The position numbers and the translations under genes are program-made. Shown here piece after piece: positions 30,353-38,869 of a stretch of DNA of 64,000 nt (position 1 is the first letter of the stretch; every line of letters begins with the position of its first letter). The notes under the pieces are model-generated. The model did not search any database. It was not told the origin of the DNA and saw only the letters and a list, made by a program, of their open reading frames with translations. The stretch is taken from the sequence record SRR31156797_2598; one strand, 5' to 3'.

Positions 30353-33300
30353 CTATGCCTTCACGATTTTCAAACGGGTATCACTACTCATTGTCATTCC
30401 AAAACAAATTCTTGAAGGTCTACCTGAAACTAGTCCGTTTGCAGCACCACCTAGGTCTGTTCCGCTAGTCTCTCTGGAGAACCAAGCACCATCACCAATT
30501 TGTGCACTGTACGGAGCAATTCTGTTTGTGTATGTCACATAAGCGTATGTATCACCGTAGGTACTGGAAACTGAGACTCTGTCACCTTCCTGAGCTCCAA
30601 TCTCGCCCATGTGCTGAGGGTTAACGTAAACTGGTTCGTATACGCCTTTATCCCAAACACCATCACGCATGTTCCTATCGCCAGACATGTATGCTCTATT
30701 ACCATTACCGTCTTGCTTGTAAAGCTCGTTTAAGCGAGCAACATTTCCAAGAGTAGAGTGTGCACGGTAATTATAGTGTCCGACTTGTTTTACAAACTTA
30801 AAACCGGAACTTTCTAATCCAAGTAAATCCGGATGTGAGCCGTCAGCATGCTTACCTTCAACAGCAGGTATATATACTGGGATAGGGTATGCATATCTCC
30901 TTGCAGTTGAGTTTGCCATTGTGCCTGCAGTTAGAATTACACCGCCGTTACGTAGAACTGCTGTTCCATCGTCGTCAGTTGTTACAGAATCAATATTAGG
31001 CTGTCCACCTGCCTCATAGTCCTCGATCATGGCCTGATGATAAGCCTCAATCTTGCCTGAAAGTGTATTCAAAGGGTTTGATGTAGGATCATTTCTGAAT
31101 TTCTGCTTAGGGAAATATTTTATCTTTTCTGGGCGCTGAGTAACCATGGAAACACCACCAAGCTCTTGGATTTCATCCCATGTCTGGTCGATCTCTCCTG
31201 CAGCTTGCCCTTTGTTCCAGTTATATTCAGACCACTCATAGTCGGTCTCTACCTTTGTACCTGTTCCGTCTGCCATTGTTTTGAATTCATCTTCTACACC
31301 AAGCTTAGCCGCTAAGCGTCTTGCAATCTCGAATTCATTTAGAGCTTCACCTGGCGGATTAGATACTTTAGGCATAACGAGTGCCTCTGCTGTGAGCCAA
31401 CCGCATGTTTCACCCCATTTTTCACCAGGTCCAGCACATGGCAGCACATAGTCAGACAGTACGCTACTCGCTGTAAAAAATAGATCGCCGGTGAGAATTG
31501 TATCAATGTTATAATTGCCGCTGGAGTCTTTAGCTTTACAAAGGTCTGCTATCTCTCTTGAGCTACCATGCTGACCACCAAAATTTCCACCAAAATTAAA
31601 GAGCATTTTTATAGGTGTCTGAGCGTTATTAGATCTCTGATAATTCCATTTTGAAGTTTTGGCTGTACCTGCACAACGAACATAGTCAGCCCATACCTGG
31701 AGTGAAATACCATTCATTGTAGCGGCATTTGGCATTGGACCTGATCTTGCAGTATTGCCTACAAAAGGTCCTAGCTCGCCACCCATAAGTGTCAATTTAG
31801 TAAAGTCATAGGTTTCTGCGGAGATATCAGATGATCCCATGTTATCCCCACCAGTCTTAACTTTGTCCAGCATAGTTCCAGGATATTTTGTTTCAACTTC
31901 ATGTGAGAAACCGTAGCTTCTTCCTTCTTCACCAAAATTTTTAGTAATAGCTGCAAGAATCGGACCTAAATTTACAGGTTGTTCGCCCTCTGAATGTCTC
32001 TGCAATCCACCAGAGACCCATGTTGTCACCTTTGTTGTAGCGTACATCTCTGCAAGCTCACGTATTTTAGCCGCCGGGACTCCTGTAATATTTTCTGCCC
32101 ATTCTGGAGTTTTTGGTGTCTGCCCATAAAGGGGTGCGGTTTTGCCATATAAACCGTCGGTTAAAGGGACGTCATATCCTATGGTTTCTGGATATACTGA
32201 GATCCCCTGATTGATTGTGGTACCTGATGCCATCCCTGTGTGTGCCTCTGCATCACCTGACATGGTCGCTAGAGTAAGCCTGTTGTCTGTTCCCATAACA
32301 TAGGCAGAAAGCGATGAACCAGCAGGAACCTGATATCCTGTAGGAGTTGCGTTAATGTCTGCGTAGTAATGATTAGGTATTGTGTCATCAAAGAAGCCAT
32401 GGACATATTTTCTGATGAATTCTTCGTCAAGCCATGGGCTGGCTTTCATCGTTCCATCACTATTCCATGTTTGAACTACCATCTCATGTATCATTGCAAG
32501 CATTAGTGCAGAGTCTGTTGTTCCAGTAATTCCAATGTAATCATCTGCCATGCCTTCAGCGGTTCTAGTATACCTAGGGTCGATGACAGTTACCTTGACA
32601 CCTGATTCTCTTGCCTTAGTTACATAGTAAGCAGTTGAGGGACCCACTCTTGCTTCTGCTGGGTTAAATGCCCAAAGGACAAGGTTGTCAGCATTTTTAA
32701 CATCACCTCGCCAGTTAGCCGTCCTAAGGGCAGCTGCTGTGCCTGTTTCTTTTATCAGTCCTTCATGGTCTATGAAGAAGAATGAATATGTGTGTTGAGG
32801 GTAGCTTAGATCAAGAACCCATATTACTGGTCCTGAATCAGCTCCAAAAAGTTTTGTCAAATTCGCAATAGTATTTGACTGCTCAGACCTATCAGATGGA
32901 GCAAGGCAATTAAAAAAAGCATTACCGCCATACGTGTCATAAACATTCTGCATTCTTTCAGCAATTTCATCTATTGCCTGATCCCACTCTATCTCAACGA
33001 AGCCAGTGATATCTCCACGCTCCTTCGTTTGCTTAAGAGGCTTAGTTAATCTGTCATTCCTATACCACCAGTCAATCTTAGCTCTACACTTAAGACAGGA
33101 ACGTATCTGAGCTTTACCTTCGAAAACGTCGCCATCTTCAGTATTTTCGTCTGTAGTAATTCTCTTAACAACGCCATCTTCAACATAGTATTTGCTAATA
33201 CAGCCACCACCACAGTTGTGTGGGGTAGACCCTAAGATTGTTTTACCTTCGATACTGTCAGGTTGAAGATCAGGCGTAACCTCTTCAAAGTATGTCTTCT

Positions 33301-33415
33301 CTCCGCTGCCGCCTCCGCCGCAGCCTGCAAGAGTCGCTGTGGCAGCAGTAGCACTCATAGCTTTCAAGACACTACGCCTTGAAACTTTACTATTCAATTT
33401 ATCTTTAATATTCAT
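30353..33415 (-). CDS. dmsA: DMSO-reductase-family molybdopterin oxidoreductase catalytic subunit; Tat-dependent lipoprotein
   Basis: SRRSVLK twin-Arg plus LAGC lipobox; HNCGGGC...CLKC; RL.KPL, IDPRYT, TDSAL..AM, KTPEWA..ITG, PL.T.SGKIE, HY..RAHST. Putative Ser Mo-ligand in DLSYPQ. Confidence 0.88.
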   Translation of the reverse strand: MNIKDKLNSKVSRRSVLKAMSATAATATLAGCGGGGSGEKTYFEEVTPDLQPDSIEGKTILGSTPHNCGGGCISKYYVEDGVVKRITTDENTEDGDVFEGKAQIRSCLKCRAKIDWWYRNDRLTKPLKQTKERGDITGFVEIEWDQAIDEIAERMQNVYDTYGGNAFFNCLAPSDRSEQSNTIANLTKLFGADSGPVIWVLDLSYPQHTYSFFFIDHEGLIKETGTAAALRTANWRGDVKNADNLVLWAFNPAEARVGPSTAYYVTKARESGVKVTVIDPRYTRTAEGMADDYIGITGTTDSALMLAMIHEMVVQTWNSDGTMKASPWLDEEFIRKYVHGFFDDTIPNHYYADINATPTGYQVPAGSSLSAYVMGTDNRLTLATMSGDAEAHTGMASGTTINQGISVYPETIGYDVPLTDGLYGKTAPLYGQTPKTPEWAENITGVPAAKIRELAEMYATTKVTTWVSGGLQRHSEGEQPVNLGPILAAITKNFGEEGRSYGFSHEVETKYPGTMLDKVKTGGDNMGSSDISAETYDFTKLTLMGGELGPFVGNTARSGPMPNAATMNGISLQVWADYVRCAGTAKTSKWNYQRSNNAQTPIKMLFNFGGNFGGQHGSSREIADLCKAKDSSGNYNIDTILTGDLFFTASSVLSDYVLPCAGPGEKWGETCGWLTAEALVMPKVSNPPGEALNEFEIARRLAAKLGVEDEFKTMADGTGTKVETDYEWSEYNWNKGQAAGEIDQTWDEIQELGGVSMVTQRPEKIKYFPKQKFRNDPTSNPLNTLSGKIEAYHQAMIEDYEAGGQPNIDSVTTDDDGTAVLRNGGVILTAGTMANSTARRYAYPIPVYIPAVEGKHADGSHPDLLGLESSGFKFVKQVGHYNYRAHSTLGNVARLNELYKQDGNGNRAYMSGDRNMRDGVWDKGVYEPVYVNPQHMGEIGAQEGDRVSVSSTYGDTYAYVTYTNRIAPYSAQIGDGAWFSRETSGTDLGGAANGLVSGRPSRICFGMTMSSDTRLKIVKA

Positions 33416-33432
33416 TATAATTATTCCTCCAT

Positions 33433-33933
33433 TTACTTCGTGTAAGTTTGTGGACTATGGCTGGTTTCATGACAGGTGTAGCAGGTTGTCTCCTGAACTG
33501 GGAAGTGGCAGCTTCCGCAATGTCTGTTCTGTGTGTCACCTGCTCCGCCCCAGCCTGGGCGATGTGTAATAGGTGGTGTCGACTTATGACACTCCACACA
33601 TGTATCCTCTGTATGACAGGTTCTGCATGTTTCTCTGTCCCATCTAGCCTTATAAGCGTGAAGCTTGCGTTTCCATGAGCTGTTATGGCTTCTAGGCTTT
33701 ATTTCTTGGTGACAGGTAATGCACTCCACTCTGTCAGTATGGCATTCATAACATTCTGCTGAATTTGCATTCGCTGCCTTACCGTGGAGCTCTGTCCAGT
33801 TCCTGTCATGAGTTTCAGGCTTTTCCGACTCATACGCAAAAGCACTGTAAAAACTAACTACGACTAACAGAAGCACCATAGCCGTAAATGAAGTGATCGT
33901 GCATATCAGTGAAAATTCTTTTTTATTCATCAT
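33433..33933 (-). CDS. Periplasmic hexaheme cytochrome c
   Basis: Signal peptide; CYECH, CITCH, CRTCH, CVECH, CGSCH, CYTCH; H...W...H repeat units like the decaheme at 14775. Confidence 0.9.
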   Translation of the reverse strand: MMNKKEFSLICTITSFTAMVLLLVVVSFYSAFAYESEKPETHDRNWTELHGKAANANSAECYECHTDRVECITCHQEIKPRSHNSSWKRKLHAYKARWDRETCRTCHTEDTCVECHKSTPPITHRPGWGGAGDTQNRHCGSCHFPVQETTCYTCHETSHSPQTYTK

Positions 33934-33945
33934 TTCTAATTCTCC

Positions 33946-35382
33946 TTAGATAGCGATGTTGAGCCAAAGCTCGGCCACATAATTCTTCTCAAAGTTAGAA
34001 GCATCACTACCTAGCATCTCGCTCTCTTCGAGACCACCATCAGCTGTCACACTGAATTTCTCTGCAAAGGTATATTGACCACCTATATAGTAATATCTGA
34101 TCCAGTCCTGCATCTCATCATCCTCAGAGTCGTACTCGAACCTCTCAAAGGTTGTTCCGAACCATATGTCTGCATTATCATTAATTACTTGCGTTACCTG
34201 ACCGCCGAAAGTAACTGACCTGTCACTTTCACCGTAATCAGTGGAATCAACATCCCACAGGTCTGCATTGATAGAGATATAGGTGTTTTCAGTTGGGAAT
34301 CTGACTAGATCGAGAAAAGCTGAATATCTCTTATAGTCTCTGTTATCGAGTTCGTAACCATCAGCATTTTTAAACTGACCGCTTACTCCTACGACGAGAT
34401 TAGAGGTTATCCCCTGAGATAGCTTTACTTTAACTTTGTTGTATTTACCGTATGGAAAGAGTGTGTAAGTTATAGGGTTAGTTACATAACTACCTTCGTT
34501 ATTAGCAATTTCATCGAGCAACTCCTCATAGTCCACTGCTACTGTTGTCTTAGTTTCCGGTATTCTGTAGATACCACCTAGCTTATAATATGCATCTGAG
34601 TCCACGGATGCATACTCGCCATAAGCAGAACCTTTACCTAAGCTAAGATCAGCTCTTACCTTATAGAGGTCGTTCTTCTGGTCAGAGACATCTATATCTG
34701 TATATATAGCTCTGACTTTTAACATCTCGAAAGGCACAACCTCTATACCACCACCATAAAGCATGTCATCTTCAGTGTCGTAATAGAAAGATACTGGTTT
34801 ACCACTGTAAACAAAGATCTTAAATTTATCATCAAGGAGAGCTACTTGTGCGTCTGCTCCATCTAAATGATAAGTATCAATCCTGTCTATATAGACACGC
34901 CCTAATGTTACTTCTGTGTTTTTGATTACATCTGAGAATTTCAGATATGCATGATACAGCCTAGGCGAGCCATTCTGCTCTGCCTCTTCTACATCAAGAG
35001 AATCGTCATAGAAGTAATATCTGTTCTTACCCCAATCGTCACCGCTACGACCGTTAAGGTCTTTCGCTGCACGTAAAAAGAGTGCCCCAGAGACAGTTCC
35101 ACCATTTTTCAGCTCACCATCGGCATAACGAACACGTAGATACTGGTAAATATCCATATCTGATGCGTAGTCGTTATCAAATTGTCTGAATTTGGTAGTA
35201 AGGCTCAGGTTTGCAGACCCGCCAAAAATGTCATGGTTTATCCCTTGGAACTTGAAACCATTGCTGGTTATATGCTGCGACCATGAATCAGGCGTTGTGT
35301 AGTCTGCATCTTCCAATCCGTCAGCAACAGCAAATGATGAAATCATAAAAGCCGACAGAATGAAAATACAAAGTCTTCCCAT
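33946..35382 (-). CDS. Outer-membrane beta-barrel porin (conduit type)
   Basis: Signal peptide, aromatic alternating beta-strands, RLYHAYL...TLGR..D...LDGA pattern. Directly upstream of a multiheme gene. Confidence 0.72.
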   Translation of the reverse strand: MGRLCIFILSAFMISSFAVADGLEDADYTTPDSWSQHITSNGFKFQGINHDIFGGSANLSLTTKFRQFDNDYASDMDIYQYLRVRYADGELKNGGTVSGALFLRAAKDLNGRSGDDWGKNRYYFYDDSLDVEEAEQNGSPRLYHAYLKFSDVIKNTEVTLGRVYIDRIDTYHLDGADAQVALLDDKFKIFVYSGKPVSFYYDTEDDMLYGGGIEVVPFEMLKVRAIYTDIDVSDQKNDLYKVRADLSLGKGSAYGEYASVDSDAYYKLGGIYRIPETKTTVAVDYEELLDEIANNEGSYVTNPITYTLFPYGKYNKVKVKLSQGITSNLVVGVSGQFKNADGYELDNRDYKRYSAFLDLVRFPTENTYISINADLWDVDSTDYGESDRSVTFGGQVTQVINDNADIWFGTTFERFEYDSEDDEMQDWIRYYYIGGQYTFAEKFSVTADGGLEESEMLGSDASNFEKNYVAELWLNIAI

Positions 35383-35445
35383 AGTTACTCTCCTTTGTTC
35401 CTTTTCTAAACAGAATTAGAACTTTCTATCGCCATCGGAACTTAA

Positions 35446-35519
35446 TCCAACGAACGTTTGAGACATATTAAAACTCTGCCGGTTGCCCTTGTCAAGAAAA
35501 AAATCAAACGAACGTTGGA
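35446..35519 (-). promoter_or_regulatory. Sigma70 promoter of the reductase cluster flanked by two palindromic operators
   Basis: Minus-strand TTGACA (35490-35495), 17 bp, TTTAAT (35467-35472). Boxes TCCAACGAACGTTTGA (35446-35461) and TCAAACGAACGTTGGA (35504-35519). Confidence 0.75.
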
Positions 35520-35611
35520 TGAGCCACTTAAAGTGTTCTTGAATTTAGAAATAACAGTAAACGATAATTTTTTTTATCGACATTATTTGTTACCTGTGCT
35601 AATAGTTAAAT

Positions 35612-36208
35612 ATGAAAGAAAAAAACGTAAACTATATACAAACAAAAACGAATATAATTGAAAAGACGGTAGACTTAGCAGCACTATCTGGGCTTACATC
35701 TGTAAGTATGAGAGCAATTGCTAAAAATGCATGCCTAGACACATCTACCCTGTATTATTATTTCAAGAATAAAGAAGAGCTTCTTTATGAATCTGTTGTA
35801 TATATTAATAACTGTATAGAAAAGGAAGTAATGAAAATTAACCTTGATGACCTGTCTACTAATGAAGAAAAGTTTAAAACAATGGTACGGTTCATGTACT
35901 CTTATCTCATACAAAAACCTAACCATGCGAGTGTGATACGTCAGGCTTCCATTATGAGCCATATCTTCTTTAGCATCGAAAAGAGAAATGAACTTTTTGT
36001 CCAAACTACTAAGAACTTTAGATTTTGCAGATTTATTGAATCATTGAAGGATGATTCTAGTATTATTGCTGAATTCGGTAGTATGGTAACTTTCTTTTGT
36101 TATATGCCTATTTATGATCTTGCTATGAATACATATAGTCCTACTTCTGCTAATGATAAACAGCTTGAAATGTATATAGATTCACTTTGGAAATCGATAC
36201 AAAACTGA
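35612..36208 (+). CDS. TetR/AcrR-family transcriptional regulator
   Basis: SMRAIAK.A.....TLYYYFKNKEEL helix-turn-helix. Confidence 0.93.
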   Translation: MKEKNVNYIQTKTNIIEKTVDLAALSGLTSVSMRAIAKNACLDTSTLYYYFKNKEELLYESVVYINNCIEKEVMKINLDDLSTNEEKFKTMVRFMYSYLIQKPNHASVIRQASIMSHIFFSIEKRNELFVQTTKNFRFCRFIESLKDDSSIIAEFGSMVTFFCYMPIYDLAMNTYSPTSANDKQLEMYIDSLWKSIQN

Positions 36209-36319
36209 TTGTCATAGCTTTACTGTTCCCATAACTTTTCAAAAAGAAATATCTAATCAGCAACTTGCCTTTTTTAGACGTGTCTGGATAGCTTTGATTG
36301 TAATATAAAGTGATAAGTA

Positions 36320-36500
36320 GTGAAGAAGTGGTTCTTTACTCTGTTTGTCTCGTCGTTATTTATAACAGCGCTGCAGTTCATTTCTGAGCCTGTAGCGACC
36401 ATCGTAGGGATAGTTATTATCGGAAGAGCCTTTTCAGGCATAACAACATTTTCCTGACCATGAAAGATCATGTTCCATGGATTGCCATCATAAGTAATAA
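36320..36500 (-). pseudogene. Remnant of an iron-containing alcohol dehydrogenase (YqhD/Bdh-like)
   Basis: Only an internal fragment remains: YDGNPWNMIFHGQE...ALPIITIPTMVATGSEMN. No N- or C-terminal domains. Boundaries approximate. Confidence 0.7.
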
Positions 36501-36538
36501 GCCGCCGCCGGTCACTATAAGAGCTTTTTCATCGTAAC

Positions 36539-36576
36539 GGCATACTTGACTGACAGAATTATTGCCTGATCCTACA
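36539..36576 (-). promoter_or_regulatory. Candidate AraC box, copy upstream of the ADH remnant
   Basis: TGTAGGATCAGGCAATAA..., 17/18 identical to the first half of the boxes at 37568 and 51035. Confidence 0.6.
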
Positions 36577-36582
36577 TAAGTA

Positions 36583-37488
36583 TCATGCGGATACCTGGTC
36601 ACTGAGCAGTTTTATGTCACGCAGAGGGGGATTGCCGAAAAGGCGCTTATACTCTCTGCTGAAGTGCGAAGGGCTTTCGTATCCCACCTCAAAAGCGGCA
36701 TTTGCGGCGTCCATGCTTTCGATGAGCATTAATCTTCTCGCCTCATGCAGCCGAAGCCATTTCTGATACTGTAACGGACTCATAGATGTAAGGGAACGGA
36801 AATGCTGATGCAGACTAGATGTGCTCATGCTTGAGTGTGTGGCAAGTTTTTCAACTTTTAAAGGCTCTTTGAAATTCTCTTTCAGCCATTTCACCGCTTT
36901 TGTGATCTGATAATTGTATGTTGAACCTGTGGCTATCTGGCGGAGTCTTGTCCCCTGTTCGCTCTGGAGCAGCCTGAACAGTATCTCCCTGTGTATAAGA
37001 GGGGCAATGGCAGGGACATTCTCCGGTTCGTCCAAAAGGTCCAGCATTCTGCTGAATGCATCCAGAATGGGAGCGGAAACTCTGCTGACTCCCATCCCTC
37101 TTTCAGCCTGCTTCATATCAGGGCCAGGGACATCGCTGTCAGCCAAAAGCTGAGACACAATATTCATATCCAGCTTATATATTATCGCCAGATAGGGTTC
37201 TTCCTTGGTAGCTTCTATGATATTTGCCACTACAGGTACATCTATGGACGTTATAAGATAGTTATCTGCGTTATAAACATAAATCTCCTCACCCATAAGA
37301 ACACGCTTTGCACCCTGAACACTAAGGCATACGCTGGGTTCATTAATGTAGCTTGCCGGAGGCGCAAGCTCTGAAAGCCGCACAAGCTTCAATCCTTTAA
37401 TATCTGTCTCCAGCCTTTCCAGGTTTTCGGTCAATCTGGTAATTTTTTTGATGACTTCTTTTCTGACCTTGTCAATTTTTTGTTCCAT
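36583..37488 (-). CDS. AraC-family regulator (YqhC-like)
   Basis: P.VC...QG.K N-terminal domain; SPLQYQK..RL..AR and VGYESPSHFSREYKR.FG. Confidence 0.95.
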   Translation of the reverse strand: MEQKIDKVRKEVIKKITRLTENLERLETDIKGLKLVRLSELAPPASYINEPSVCLSVQGAKRVLMGEEIYVYNADNYLITSIDVPVVANIIEATKEEPYLAIIYKLDMNIVSQLLADSDVPGPDMKQAERGMGVSRVSAPILDAFSRMLDLLDEPENVPAIAPLIHREILFRLLQSEQGTRLRQIATGSTYNYQITKAVKWLKENFKEPLKVEKLATHSSMSTSSLHQHFRSLTSMSPLQYQKWLRLHEARRLMLIESMDAANAAFEVGYESPSHFSREYKRLFGNPPLRDIKLLSDQVSA

Positions 37489-37567
37489 AAAACCGCCTCT
37501 CAGGAATGTTTCGTAAATATAATATCTGATAAAAAATTATTTTATGCAATACCTCGCCTATACGGTT

Positions 37568-37605
37568 TGTAGAATCAGGCAATAACCTTGGAGTATCAGT
37601 ATACC
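37568..37605 (+). promoter_or_regulatory. Candidate AraC box upstream of the cupin-AKR operon
   Basis: TGTAGAATCAGGCAATAACCTTGGAGTATCAGTATACC, 33/38 identical to the minus-strand copy at 51035-51072. Confidence 0.7.
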
Positions 37606-37662
37606 AGTTAAACAATGGATCGGCATATATTAGCCTAAAGTAAATCAATTCAGGAGATAAGT

Positions 37663-38136
37663 ATGAATTTAAGTAAGAAATTAATTTTAGCGGTTATGCT
37701 GCTGACATGCCTGACAGCCTTTGCATACGCAGAAGAAATTCAGGTGACAAAAAACGGGACAAAAGATTCTATAAAGGCAACACAGGAACATTTCACAGGT
37801 GATGTCCGTGTTGACATGCTCTACAGGAACACAGGCGATTTTAGGTCATATGCAGGAACCGTGACTTTCGAACCGGGAGCAAGAACTGACTGGCACTCAC
37901 ACACAGTAGGACAGGTTCTGATTGTATTATCAGGCAAGGGATACGTTCAGAAATACGGTTCCCCTGCACAGGAGATAATGTCCGGAGACGTGGTGTGGAT
38001 CCCTGCCGGAATAAAGCACTGGCACGGTGCTGCTGACAATGTCTCCATGGCGCACATAGCCATCGTAGAGAGCAAAGACGGAGTTTCCACCAACTGGCAT
38101 GAAAAAGTTACAGACACCCAGTACAAAACAAAATAG
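37663..38136 (+). CDS. Cupin-domain protein with signal peptide
   Basis: VTFEPGART.WH.H..GQ.L and G.KHWHGA motifs. Confidence 0.9.
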   Translation: MNLSKKLILAVMLLTCLTAFAYAEEIQVTKNGTKDSIKATQEHFTGDVRVDMLYRNTGDFRSYAGTVTFEPGARTDWHSHTVGQVLIVLSGKGYVQKYGSPAQEIMSGDVVWIPAGIKHWHGAADNVSMAHIAIVESKDGVSTNWHEKVTDTQYKTK

Positions 38137-38145
38137 GAGAATAGA

Positions 38146-38859
38146 GTGAAAAAATTATCATTAATTCTTGCTGTTATCATGATAGCAGGCATCACAGCAC
38201 TTCCGGCTTTTGCCGCAGAAAAGCTGAGTAAAAAACAGAAGAGCATCGTTCTTATTTCTACATTCACCGCTGCAGGCAAAATCGCAGATGTGAGAAGAGC
38301 TACTGTGGACGGTCTTGGAGCAGGACTCACAGTGAATGAAATCAAAGAGATATTTATCCATATTTATGCCTACACAGGCTTTCCAAAAAGCCTTAACGGG
38401 CTTATAGCCTTTATGAATGTAATGGAAGAGAGAGAGAAGCAGGGGATAAAAGACGAGATAGGTCGTGAGGCTTCACCCATTCCTGCTGATCTGGACAGGG
38501 ACGCATACGGCGCAAGGGTCAGAGCAGACCTTATTGGGAGCAAAGACATCCCCCCTCCATCTGCGTATCAGAGATTTGCTCCAACTATAAATAAGTTTCT
38601 GAAAGAACACCTTTTCGCAGATATATTCGCAAGGGATATTTTTGACTTTCAGACCAGAGAGCTGATCACCATATCCGCTCTCGCCGGTATGGAAGGTACA
38701 GAGCCGCAGCTTAAAGGACATCTGGGGATAGCCATGCGGATGGGGCTCACTGAACCACAGCTTCAGGAGTTCGTTACACTAATAAGAGCAAACTTAGGCG
38801 GAGCAAGGGGAGGCACCGTAGCAAGTGTTCTGCGCAACGCTCTTGCTGCTAATAAATAA
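38146..38859 (+). CDS. Carboxymuconolactone decarboxylase/AhpD-family protein with signal peptide
   Basis: EIKE...H.YAY.GFP.SLN, HLFADIF.R and RELITISAL motifs. Confidence 0.88.
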   Translation: MKKLSLILAVIMIAGITALPAFAAEKLSKKQKSIVLISTFTAAGKIADVRRATVDGLGAGLTVNEIKEIFIHIYAYTGFPKSLNGLIAFMNVMEEREKQGIKDEIGREASPIPADLDRDAYGARVRADLIGSKDIPPPSAYQRFAPTINKFLKEHLFADIFARDIFDFQTRELITISALAGMEGTEPQLKGHLGIAMRMGLTEPQLQEFVTLIRANLGGARGGTVASVLRNALAANK

Positions 38860-38869
38860 GAGAGATAAA

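Noticed and set aside
30353-33415. Selenocysteine-containing, arsenate or nitrate reductase identity
   Set aside because: The ORF is continuous with no in-frame TGA, and the putative Mo ligand is Ser in a DmsA-like context rather than Cys, Sec or Asp.
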